64,000 nt of DNA from Takakia lepidozioides. Lineage: Eukaryota > Plantae > Bryophyta. The translations under genes and the position numbers were made by a program. Where the stretch lies: assembly GCA_030704615.1 (NCBI GenBank), contig CM060732.1, positions 19,158,001 to 19,222,000 of the forward strand. The letters are read 5' to 3'. The notes under the pieces were generated by a model. That model searched no databases and was not told where the DNA came from. It was given only the letters and a program-made list of their open reading frames with translations. Of this stretch, positions 36,956-49,079 are shown in pieces (within the stretch, counting starts at the first letter, position 1; every line of letters begins with the position of its first letter).

Positions 36956-37959
36956 TAATACATAGTTCATTTTTGTCACAATCTGCATTTTCAGTTCGTG
37001 TAGGAAAATGCTATCACGCCTCTGAAATTGCGTAAAAATTATTGAAGGGTAGAGAGGTCAAGAATTTTATTATCTTTTTGGTGATTTTTGTTTTTTTTAA
37101 TTAATTATTTATTTGTTTAAAGGGCAAAAAAGTGAAGAAGCACGGGAGGCCTCCCATGCTATTCACCTACGAAACTTGTCGGACACATGAGATGTGAGGA
37201 TGTGCTAGCTCAACATCTAAAACATTTTGCGTCTTTTGAGTTCGGGGAGTCTGTTTCGCATCAGGGGATATTTTCCAAATCAAGAGAGTCTGTATTTTCC
37301 AGAAGAAGAGTAGTAGAAAGGTGAAGAAGCACGAGAGGCCTCCCGTGCTCTTCTTGGTCATAAAAGATGTGAGGATGTCTGCTAGCACTAGAAGCATTCG
37401 TGTCTTTTCCGAATCGACTGCATGTCCAAAACCACTGAGGGAACAACTTTGAGATGTTTGTTACTACTGCACAGTCGTAACGGATAAATTCACATTTCTA
37501 ATGGCGGATAGAAGTTGCATCGATGACTCCGCAGTCGGCACAATATTCGCGGCGATTTATTCAATTACGTAAATTGTTTTTTTTTTAAAAACAACAATTA
37601 CAAGTGGTTTTAAGCACTAGAGAACGACTCTTAACAACTAGGCATTCATTGCACACCCTATTCGAAAATGGAATTTTTATAAGTGCTCCACATGGCTCAT
37701 GATGTGGAATATTTTAATGTATTTTAGGGCTTGTGTGGCTCGTAGAGATTGTTCTAATCGTCGGATGTAAAATGATCTAAGGGTGGAAGAGTAACTTTGT
37801 CCTTTGCCTGAATTTGTCTAAGTGTTGGGAGAGGGATGGAGGCTTGAGAGAGAGACGAACAAGTGATGTGAGAAGGACGAAGACCAAATCGAGGCCCATG
37901 TCATGTTGTTGCAAGCGTTTATGGCGTCAAGGGCACATTATGTGCAAATGTGGGCTCTT

Positions 37960-39060
37960 GGCTCCCCTTTGTACCATGATTTGGTATTCTTCCTGATGAT
38001 CACAAGGTTCTTGGGGAATCAGCTTGGTCTTAGCAACCCATATTTTAATCTCTGCCCGCTCAGCTGCACCGTGGTGGTTCTTACGAACCAATCCCACATT
38101 ACCTGACTAGAGATACAAGCAGCACGCACAAGAGGTCTTCTTGGGTTCATGGTCAGTCTAATCCGCAATGGGTCATGACACAAGGTAGAGGACAATGTGG
38201 TGAGGGCACCTTCTTCTTCGAGCTATTTCAGCCTGTTTTTCCGAGATGTAGTGTCGTGGAGTGCGATGCTTGCAGATATGCACAGCAGGGACGTGGGATG
38301 GAGGCTTTGGAGACCTATGAAGTTGCGAAGGGAGAGTTTGATAACATGGCTGAACAAGATGTTGTCTCAAGGAACACGCTGAATCTCGCAAGATATGGCC
38401 AGCATGTGTGCGGGATGAGGGCATTGGAGACATATGAGCAAATGTTGAGAAGAGGTGCAGCCTGACCGGGTCACGTTCATTTGTGTTTGCAATGCATGTG
38501 CAAACCTGGCGGCCCTGGAGACTTGGTAAAGGGCAAAGAGGTCCATCGTGACATTGTCAAAGCTGGAACTGTACCAGATGTAACAATACCTCGTCGACAT
38601 GTATGCCAAACGTGGGAGCATTCCCTTGTGGACAAGGAGTGTTTAACAATATGGCTGAGCGAAATGTGGTGTGGTGGAATGTGATGATCGCAGGACATGC
38701 ACAACAAGGGCGGGGATTGCGGGTTTTGGAGACCTATGAGCAAATGATGTGGGTCTAGGGGGTGAAGCCCGAGCACATTACGTTTGTTTGTGTTTGTAGT
38801 GCATGTGCGAGCCTGTTGGAGAAGGGCAAAGAGGTCCATGGTTGCATCGTCAAAGCTGGAATTGTGGTAGATGTCATTCTGAACATGAATACCCCTTCTA
38901 GATAGGGAGTGTTCAACAATATGGCTGAGCGAAATGTGGTGTCGTGGAAAGTGCTGATCGCAGGACATGCACAACAGGGGCGGGGATTGCAGGTTTTGGA
39001 GACCTATGAGCAGTTGATGTGGGAGGGGGTGAAGTCCGACCACATTACGTTCAGAGAGTT
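37960..39060 (+). pseudogene. PLS-PPR fragments, same cargo family in opposite orientation
   Basis: DVVSWSAMLA, KGKEVHRDIVKAG, FNNMAERNVVSWKVLIAGHAQQG; 37960-38240 is related by reverse complement to 48030-48310 and 19490-19780. Confidence 0.8.
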
Positions 39061-40790
39061 CAAATGCCTCTCTACCATGACCTTGCTTAGCTAACCATGC
39101 CTTGCTGATGTTGTTGTCTTGCACTTGAGCTGTTTTTGGACACTGGCTGGAACATCCACAAGGCGGCTCTGCTCGAGAGAGAAATCAGCTTGAATGCAGG
39201 GGCAGATTTTGAGATCACAATCGCCACTCAGAACGTTGTTCTTTGCACCGGCATGGCATGTCAGCATGCATATCAGCCCAAACTCATTACTCCGTGAGCC
39301 TTCCACTGCCGGAGTGTGCCCATTCAAGCCAGATCTTCGAAACGCAGGGATGGCCGTTCACCGCAAGTTGAAGAAGGAGTATTCTTAAAACACGGGTACT
39401 CATAATCTGAAAATGGCTCCAGCTTATGTTGCTTGAGTGCAACTATGAGTGTGGTTGGCTTGGCAGCTTTACATCTGGTCCATCCCACTCGATATGATGA
39501 GCAGGTTCAGCTTGACTTCTCTCACACAAAAGACGCTGCCAAGATGGGGTTTGCTGCCCTAGATGACTTCCCGTCGTTGTTCTGGGCTGCAACATACAAT
39601 TAATCTGGCCCATGGCGAGGGGCCTTGCCTTCCACCAATCATCTGTAAGTCCTGTGAAACTGTTTTTGTGGCAGTTTGTAAGCAGTGGGCAGTGATGGTG
39701 GGCTGTTGTAGGATTTGATGAACTCAATGTCGTGTACTGACAACAACCCCTCATCTCTTATGTAAGCATTCAACAAGCCAAGTTGACTGCAGAGCATATT
39801 CAGCCCCCCACGTTTCTAGTTGCCTAATGTTCTTCATCTCCTGGGCATAGCATTTTCCAGGGTCTCCATCTGTGATGACACACTATCTTCTCATGTGGTT
39901 CAGCTTCTGGTCTTGCACTTATTTGCACCACCCCAATGAAGGGCGTTCCCACCTGCTTGATTCTCTCTATATGGTTGTCTTGGGTCTTGGCAGGGTTTCC
40001 CACAACCGTCTTTCCTTTTCAGACTGCCAGTCATCAGCCTCGTTCTCCAATGCTTCACTTTCTTCCCAAGTGAAGTGCTCTCCTCTTTTATGTTTCAACG
40101 TCCCTGCATGTGTCTTTTCCTTCATCTCCCGTGGTGCTTGATAGGAGGGAACAGATCTCCTCAAAAACATCCTGAACTAAGCTGAGATTGTTCTCTTCTG
40201 TTATTTGCTGCTAGGTCCTCTGGATCTTCCTCCTTGTTTCTTCTTTTTAGCTTCTTCATCTGCAATTGTGTGTAGCTGTGTCATGAGCATAGAAGATATG
40301 AGTGTTAAAAATAGTTCCATGTTCTGGGCTTCTGTCTGCTCAGCCTCTCTCTTATCTGCATCAATTGAGAGTCACGCTCAATTCATCTGATTTATTACAT
40401 TAGTCCATACGTTATGAGAGGTGAGAGGTAAGTATATTTAGACGATCCAGGATATATCGTTCCTATTCAAGCACTGTCGAGAGAACAGGAGACCTCCCCT
40501 GCTCGTAAAGTACTTGAGAGGTTACTGGGTATGTAGGTACCTACCTACTAGCTGGTAGCTTCTACATAGGGTCTAGATAGGACGAGAGACCTCCCGTCGT
40601 CAAGATATCCCCGAAATTGATAAGGAAGACCTTGATTCTTGAGAATGTCCCATACCACTTGATCTTTTACCTTGATCTTCATCTTTTCATCTCCACAATT
40701 CAAGTCTGTCTTCATCAGTCGACGAATCCGGTCCTACCCTAGACTTAAATTGTTCGGGAATTAGTAACTAGGTAGCACGGGAGGTCTCCC

Positions 40791-41330
40791 GTGGTCCATA
40801 TGGTGACTTGCATCTCAGAACTCTTTGTTGGTGACATTGTGAGTCTCGAGCACAGCCTTGGCTCTGGAGTGCTGCTGTTAGTGACTGAGGCTACTTGCTT
40901 AAATGTATCAGGAGAGGGATTCTGCCATGGTAGGCGACTCTCGACCAGTCTGGTGAGTGTCGTCATGAAGACCGTCTTACCTAGACACGAGACAGTTAGA
41001 TTGCCTTTCTCACATCCAGATGCTGATACGATTGGGGAAGCTTTGGGCACCCCCGTTGTCTGGAGTACAGGACATATTCGAAGACTAGTGCACCCACAGG
41101 ATGAAGAGGTGAGGTCCAATGGAGGGACGAATACGAGTAACTTGGAGGATGCACATGATACTGAACATGCTGATGATGTAAGAACCGAATCCGAAATACT
41201 CGGACGAGATGCTTGGCGTCATCGCATGTGCAGGCTTCATAATGATGAGAATGATGTCATTGCCAAGGGCAGGATTGAGGCCTGCTATCCTGAGGAGACT
41301 ATTCTCGGTGAGAGTCCATGTTGGTGTGAT
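40791..41330 (+). pseudogene. Transposon accessory domain (DUF8039 / En-Spm TnpA-associated-like)
   Basis: CHGRRL...VSVVMKTV...RLPFSHPDADTIGEALGTPVVW pattern, followed by a second partial copy. Confidence 0.5.
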
Positions 41331-41514
41331 AGTGCTGCCAGAGATTATCCCCCGGATGGAAAAACGGCACCGAATTTCCATCCGGGGAGGCTCGGATGAA
41401 GTCGTCTCAGGGGGAAAGGCCGACACCTGTTGCCAGAGATCATCCCCCGCATGGAAATTTGGCGCCGAATTTCCATCCGGGGAGGCTCGGATGAAGTCTT
41501 CTCGGGGGTTTATT

Positions 41515-42065
41515 AGTAATACTCTCGGCAGTGCAACAATTTCTCCGCAAAAGTGGAGTCGTACAAGTTCTCCTTGTTCGATTTGTTGAGCACTTTCGAG
41601 AGTGTGATCACCAGCCGTAGCTCATCTGTTGAGTATATGATCTTGGCAAGCCAGGTCTCGAGCTACCATGTCCGTGTCCAAGTCCGTTGCGAGTAGGAAT
41701 TCCTGACATGAAATGTATACTAGATTAATGAGCATTTGTGATGAAATGATTAGCGACTAACAGAACGACAACAGTCGAAGAATTTTTTTCATGTTGATGA
41801 CCACCCTCACCTGTGCTGCCATCAAGGTGTGCTACCCTCCGATGATAAAGAACTTTCCACCTGAAATTTCATTCGGATTAACCGGTTTCCTTCCATAAAC
41901 ATTTGTTGGGTTCGTCGGATCTCTTTGTAGAAGGTACACTGGCACTTTGAAGTCAATTAGATGGTACAAAACAAGCCGAGCCTTTATCTCCTGCTTGTGT
42001 CTCTCCGACAGCGGACGATAGACCATGTGGCTGGGAGCCAGGAAGCACTTGAACGTCCGGAGGTC
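41515..42065 (-). pseudogene. Spliced ParB/Srx-like domain gene fragment
   Basis: VYRPLSERHKQEIKARL...KFFIIGG*HTLMAAQ (TAG probably from CAG), GT-AG intron 41703-41810, next exon EFLL...KIIYSTDE...STFAEKLLHCREYY. Confidence 0.45.
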
Positions 42066-42349
42066 GCATGTACACCTATTAGTTTTTTTATCCATGTCAC
42101 TCATGGTATTGTCGACATTTGAATGAGATATGGAACGTTTGTTGTCTAACTCGTACGGAACCAATATATCATTTTCTGAGTACCCTGTCAGAAACATTGA
42201 AACATTCAAAGTTACAAACAGTGACACAATACACGACCGGTTTTGTTGAAATGACATCTATGAGGTTCGAGCGTATGCAATTTATTATTTTCAACGAAAA
42301 TTTATTTACTCGGGGACCGGTGTTGCTGCGCAAGTGATGGTACGAATTC

Positions 42350-43310
42350 TCTATTGATTGAAGCTGTCACAACCAATGTCAACAATCATATTTACGGTAA
42401 GGTGTTTCATGTTATTATTGTTCCTCTAGCTGAATTCTGTAGTACTCTTTTTGCTATTCCCATGCCAACAACATCAGGTCCTCTGAGACTGTCATGTTCA
42501 AACGAACGTATCAGCCACCTCGGCCAGCTTACAGGCTGCAGCCACGGCCCACCATAAATTGAATGAATTGGAGATTTTATGCGAAGTTCCTGGTTTCATG
42601 TCCGTGGTGGCTGATATGGAATTCGGAATATGGCAGTCCCAATGGACCTGATGTTGTTGGCATGGGAGTAGAAAAATGAACGATTCCTAAAGAATTCAGC
42701 TACATGAACATCGGCAGTATGAAACACCTTGCAGTACATATGATTCTTGAGACTGTTTGCACGGATTATTTGTGTTTGTGCCTTCAAATGGCGAACATTT
42801 CCGCCATGGTGCGGAAGAGGTACATTGGCCACATTAAACGGTTGATGTGATATCATTTCACAAATGTATCACATCGCATTTGTGAAAATGTATCACATGA
42901 ACCGTTCCATGTGGCCTACGGGAGTCTTCGATGGGTACGAGATCAATGTGGCCTACGAGATCAGCTTCCACCAACAAACATGTGATCATTTCAGAAGCGC
43001 TTGAAGCGACGATGAGCAAGGTTCTTCATCCAGATATTCAACATGCTGAGGTCTTCTGTAATGTCTCTTGTTTCGTAATGAGGTGCTTCTCCAACTCTTA
43101 TTTTTCCAATGTTGATATTCTCAATCTGGAACATATCCACACATGCGTATATAAATACTTAAAAACCAAATGATCATCAAAACTGGAAGCTGCAGACGAG
43201 GGTTATAAAAGTGGAGATGGTCATTTGCTTATTTAAGGATTTCTACACACATGTGTGGATCTGTTCCAGGTGGAGAACATCGACATATTGGATAAAGTGG
43301 ACATGGAGAA
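42350..43310. repeat. Two adjacent diverged inverted repeats
   Basis: ~42375-42525 pairs with ~42600-42750; ~43105-43180 pairs with ~43215-43292. Confidence 0.75.
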
Positions 43311-43359
43311 GTACCGCATTATGAAGTAGGAGACACTACAAAAAGAGCTTCAAAAGGCA

Positions 43360-43775
43360 TACCATGTAACAGGTCCCGGTCTAATATGAGACGAAACCCC
43401 ATTCATTCAATGGGCGATTGACTGGTTGCCCATAATGATTTTCGTTTGCTTTCAATCTTTGCCACTATGTTCAACATACCATGTATCAGGTCCCGGACTA
43501 ATATGAGATCAATCGAAATTCATTCGATGGCTCAACGGATGGTTGGCCATTGAAATGATTTTGATTCGCTTTGAGACTTGGCTAGTATGTTCAATGTACC
43601 ATGTAAGAGGCCCCAGAGTAATATGAGATCAATCAAAATTTGTTCAATGGGCCAACGGATGGTTGCCCATCCAAGTGATTTTTGTTCGCTTTGAGACTTG
43701 ACCAGTATGTTCAATGTACCATCTGATAGGTCCAGTGTAATATGAGATCAATCGAAATTCGTTTGATGGGCCAAT
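43360..43775. repeat. ~120-bp tandem repeat, ~3.5 copies
   Basis: TACCAT...AGG...TAATATGAGA unit at ~43361, 43477, 43597, 43717. Confidence 0.8.
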
Positions 43776-44410
43776 GAGGCATTCACTTGTCATCTGGTTT
43801 TTGTTCATTGCGAAAAAGAAATCCTACAATGCGTGCACGGCTATTGCACCCATTGAACGGATGTGGTTGAAGCCCCTCTTTTGCCCGCATGTGCTTGAAC
43901 ATGTGTGCCACACATGTGCGGAGACACAACAAACGAATAAATCATTTGTCTCCCCATCGACGCGCTCACCCCTCAAGACATTCGAGAATTTAATTGAATT
44001 TAAATTAATTTTAAGCCAATAAATAGATTTGCACTGTCTTTCATTGGGGATTTCTGCCACGTATCGATTTTGTTTTTGGCTCAATTTTTGTTCTGCGGCT
44101 TCAAATATCCCACCGCTACTCCCCCACCAAAATTCGGACCAATAAAAAATGTCCCAAAAAAAAAAGTGTTTTCTTCGCTCACTATTGCAAAACTCTTGTA
44201 TGAAGAGTGCATGAAGTAGAACACAAATCAAGTTTGGAGTGCAAAATAGGGAAGAAACTGTGGTTTTGGGTCCAAATGAATTTTGTTCGTTCCCAAAATT
44301 GGCACGCACGTTGCATATGGAGTCATTACACGCCCCATTCAAAAACGGAATGAAAAAAAAATCATGAGCACGCGAAATGCAGTCCAACAGGTCCCAAAGT
44401 AATAGCAGAT

Positions 44411-44805
44411 CACTACAACAGATGAGCGTTTTTATGACTGCACATATGATTATTTTTTCAGTCCTATATGTGTTCATGACTACATCACTTTGTAGTGAAA
44501 AAAACCCTGTCATAGCAACTAGTCTTTAGGACTGTGTTTTGCAAGTCATAGCCGTGATTGCGTGCGTGGCACCTGAAGTCATGCTGCAGAGAGCGATGTA
44601 GTCACAACTATATGATTTATATATGATTAACTATATGACTACATGTCTACAAAGTATATGACTCTATTGGAGAGGCGTCAGAGGGACACATGCAACACTC
44701 CGGATGTGACACGTATCCACATGGACAATATATATGACCTACACGTGGGAAAGAATATCGTATCATATAATGCCATGATGTAGTCATGAGTATATAACTT
44801 CATGA
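44411..44805. mobile_element. CACTA terminus with subterminal ATGACT repeats; other end not found
   Basis: CACTACAACAGATGAGCGTTTTTATGAC at 44411, followed by many ATGACTA/TAGTCAT motifs. Confidence 0.65.
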
Positions 44806-45285
44806 CTAAAGGGACGCAATCGAAGGTGGTCTCAAAGGAAGTACCAGAGGGGGGTCTGCCCGAGATGGACCGGCATTAGATGGTCCGGTATGTGAGGAAC
44901 CACGGTACAAACGCCTCTTCCCAGGCTTGTTGCACCCGTTGATCAGCAACCCGCTGCAAATCCTTGCTCGAGCCCCACAATGGAGTGTGAGTAACCATGG
45001 CAGGCAACTCTGCCATACCATACATGTCATCCTATTCTCCCGGCGGTGACACATCCTCTGAATGAGCATTGCCCTCAATCAACTCTCCAGGCCAACTCAC
45101 TGCAGCTGTGAATGCTGCCAGTGTTGGCATCTTGCCTCGCTGGGCAACCGCAACTCCTCCTGTAAACGTCACAGGGAGCTGCACACGCCGGCCCTCCCCT
45201 GACTGCCATCCAGGCCTATAGGAAGCTGACTCCTCCCAAAAATCCAGGGTGAAGCCCATGAGGTACAACACTGCCCCACAACCTG
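44806..45285 (-). pseudogene. Fragment of a related DNMT-gypsy pol (protease C-terminus and linker)
   Basis: AVLYLMGFTLDFWEESASYRPGWQSG...MPTLAAF aligns with AVLYPMGFTLDFWEETISYRPEWQSG...MPTLAAF at ~21830-22000. Confidence 0.85.
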
Positions 45286-46109
45286 AATACCCTCTCCACA
45301 TCTTTCTACATCTCTTGTGTCCACCCGTTTAACAACGGAACAGTTGCATCCTCCCATTTGTTTCGTGAACGTCAACTTGGCAGTGGATGTTCTTCTAAAA
45401 CCACAATACATACTTATATTGTCTCCAAATAATGTTTGGAGAATTGTGACAGACGCGGTCTCATACGATGTTGCATTTATATGTGACACCTTGCATAGTG
45501 AGCACAGAACCAACATGTTTTGTGATGCATCTCCTCGGGACTTTTACTTCCAACTCTTCTTCCATAATGAGTTCACCTGCAAAATGCAATGAAAGCATTT
45601 CAAATCAGATCTTGATATGCCAATGACAGGGCACCCGGGTTGGAAGGTTCCAAAGTTCTGTTTTTTACAGCCCTATAGGCTGTCCAAGCAGGGACTACGC
45701 TGATATGAGGATAAAATGTGTACATAAACAAGTACCTGATTGATTAGTCTGCCGCTGCTAATTCCTGCTGCTGCTATTGACCAAGTGCTGCTACTTCCAC
45801 TGCTGGTAGCCCTCTTGGGTGATCCTGAACCCACAGTCCATCCCTGCATCGGCAGCTAGCCCTCCCTCCACACTAACATATTTGAATACAAAGTTCTGTC
45901 AAACTCCCTTATACGATGTTGCATGAAGAAAGCTCACATTGTTGACGATGTTGTCCCACCGCTAGCTGTGAAAAATATTTGTAGAACTGCCAGGGCTGTT
46001 CCATGCTCCAAATCTACCCCTCTTGGATGATTCTGCACCCACAATCCTCTCCTTATATCAACAACTACCCCTCCCTCCACACTAAATCCTGACTCTGTTG
46101 CTGCTGCTA

Positions 46110-46430
46110 TGGCTTCCAGTTGACCATCTACCCATGCAGGTTTCTTGTAGCTATCCTTCCACAGGGAATCATAGGTAATCTGGAGCTTGAAATCCAGCCA
46201 TCTGGAAATTTAGGGACGACTCTCATAACAGGGAAAAACAAGCTGTAATGTGTTGAAGAAGGTACCTCCATCAGCAGTGCCTTGTTCTATCAATTGCGCT
46301 ACTACCGCTGCTATTTCCAGTTGACCATCTACCCACATTGTCCCACCATTGACTGGGGTCAGAAAAGTGTTCATTCCAAAGCTTCTCTTCATCTCTGTTA
46401 TCCATTTTTTGGTACTTTCCTGTTGCCACA
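46110..46430 (-). pseudogene. OSB PDF-motif exon fragments
   Basis: DEEKLWNEHFSDPSQWWDN and DFKLQITYDSLWKDSYKKPAWVDGQL. Confidence 0.7.
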
Positions 46431-46437
46431 TATGCGA

Positions 46438-48060
46438 ATTCAGGGCTGAGCCTGATGAGAGGGCAAAACAGGCTAAAACAAGTCCAAGAAGAAGGTGTCC
46501 TCACCACAGATCCACCCAACGAGCTAACTTACATTTTTCAATACGCAAATTCAGGGCTGAACCTGAGGGCAAAACAGGCTGAAACAGGTCGAAGAAGAAG
46601 GTGCCCTCACCACACATCCACCCAACGAGCTAACTTACATATTTCAATATCCAAATTCAGGGCTGAGCCTGATGAGAGGGCAAAACAAGCTGAAACAGGT
46701 GGGAGAAGAAGGTGCCCTCACCACATGTGTTGCCATCTCATCAGGCTCAGCCCTGAATTTGCATATTGAATGATGTAAGTTAGCTCGGTGGGTGGATCTG
46801 TCTGAAACCGGTCCAAGAAGAAGGTCCCCTCACCATAGATCCACCCAACGAGCTAACCTACATCTTTCAATATGCAGATTCAGGGCTGAGCCCGATGAGA
46901 GGGCAAAACAAGCTGAAACAGGTCGAAGAAGAAGATGCCCTCACCACAAATCCACCCAACGAGCTAACTTACATCATTCACTATGCAAATTCAGGGCTGA
47001 GTCTGATGAGAGGGCAAAACAGGCTGAAACAGGTCCAAGAAGAAGGTGCCCTCACCACAAATCCACCCAACGAACTAACCTACAGATCATTCAATATGCA
47101 AATTCAGGGCTGAGCCTGATGAGAGGGCAAAACAGGCTGAAACAGGTCGAAGAAGAAGATGCCCTCACCACAAATCCACCCAACGAGCTAACTTACATCA
47201 TTCACTATGCAAATTCAGGGCTGAGTCTGATGAGAGGGCAAAACAGGCTGAAACAGGTCCAAGAAGAAGGTGCCCTCACCACAAATCCACCCAACGAACT
47301 AACCTACAGATCATTCAATATGCAAATTCAGGGCTGAGCCTGATGAGAGGGCAAAATAGGCTGAAACAGGTCGAAGAAGAAGGTGCCCTCACCACAGATC
47401 CACCCAACGAGCTAATCTACATCATTCAATATCCAAATTCAGCGTTGAGCCTGATGAGAGGGCAAAACAGGCTGAAATAGGTCGAAGAAGAAGGTATCCT
47501 CACCACAGATCCACCCAACGAGCTAACTTATATCTTTGAATACGCAAATTCAGGGCTGAGCCTGATGAGAGGGAAAAACAGGCTGAAACAGGTCGAAGAA
47601 GAAGGTGCCCTCACCACACATCCACCCAACGAGCTAACTTACATCTTTCAATATCCAAATTTAGGGCTGAGCCTGATGAGAGGGCAAAACAGGCTGAAAC
47701 AGGTGGGAGAAGAATGTGCCCTCACCACAGATCCACCCACCGAGCTAACTTACATCATTCAATATGCAAATTCAGGGCTGAGCCTGATAAGAGGGCAAAA
47801 CAGGCTGAAACAGGTCGAAGAAGAAGGTGCCCTCACAGTAGATCCACCCAACGAGCTAACCTACATCTTTCAATATGCAGATTCAGGGCTGAGCCTGATG
47901 AGAGGGCAAAACAGGTTGAAACAGGTCAAAGAAGCAGGTGCCCTCACCACAGATCCACCCAACGAGCCAACTTACATAATTCAATATGCAAATTCAGGGC
48001 TGAGTCTGATGAGAGGACAAAACAGGCTGAAATAGGTCGAAGAAGAAGGTGCGTCCACCA
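46438..48060. repeat. 111-bp tandem repeat, ~14 copies, with an internal inverted piece
   Basis: Unit TTCAGGGCTGAGCCTGATGAGAGGGCAAAACAGG...; 37-aa periodicity in the ORF track; inversion at ~46735-46802. Confidence 0.95.
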
Positions 48061-49079
48061 CATTTTCCTCGACCTTCTGTCATGACCCATGGAGGATTTA
48101 ACTGACCATGAACCCAAGATGACCTCTTGTATGTGCTACTTGTGTCTGTAGTCAGGTAATGACGGATTGGTCTGTGAGAACCACCACGGTGCAGCTGAGC
48201 GGGCAGAGATTGAAACACGGCCTGCTAAGACCAAGCTGACTCTCCCAAGAACCTTGTAAACATCAGGAAGAATACCAAATCATGGTACTAACAGGAGGCA
48301 AGAGCCCGCATTTGCAGGATGGACAAACTTCTTCACATCGTACCTTAAGAAAATGCCACACCTTGCGATTGCAATTGTCACACCATCGTGAAGGATCTTA
48401 AAAAAAATAGGTCGAAGAAGAAGGTGCCCTCACCACATTGTCCTTGACCTTGTGTCATGGAGGATTTGACCTTCCATCAACCCAAAATGACCTCTTCTGT
48501 GTGTCGATGGTGTCTGTAATCAGGTAATGTCGGATTGATCTTTGAGAACCACCACAGTGCAGCCGAGCAGACAAAGATTAAAACGGCCTGCTAAGACCAA
48601 GCTAACTCTCACAAGAACCTTGTAAACATCAGAAAGAAAACCATGCCCTGCGGTCGACCATCCACCCACGAACGCGGGAGAGGAGGGGAGAAGAAAAGAG
48701 AGGAGAGGAGGGAAAAAAGAAAGCCCGCGGACGGGAAGACAAACGTGGGAGAGGAGGGGAGAGGAGAGGAGAGGAGGGGAGGGAAAAGAGAGCCCCCGTT
48801 GGAGGGAAGGGGAGAAAGATCGCGGGGAGCAAGAAAAAAACACAAACAAAAAGAATGATCGCGCGATTTGATCCCGCGGTGCATCGCAACCCAATTGACG
48901 TCCTTACCACTAGACTACCCCTTAAGATTCAACAACCCCCTCTTGTAATATTATATTTAAGGTGTTTTAAACCCCCCTATGTATGTATAATGTTGTACAT
49001 GGGGGGGTTTAAAATACCCCTTCCTGTGCACGTACGTGGCTGGTACATATTGGCTGGAGTGCACCCCCCAGGACACAAT

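Noticed and set aside
39090-40380. hAT or MULE transposase remnant
   Set aside because: Only isolated short motifs (VITDGD, WWK); too degraded to call.
46455-48085. Repetitive ORFs as real proteins
   Set aside because: Explained by the 111-bp unit length; several frames are open and units carry stops and indels.
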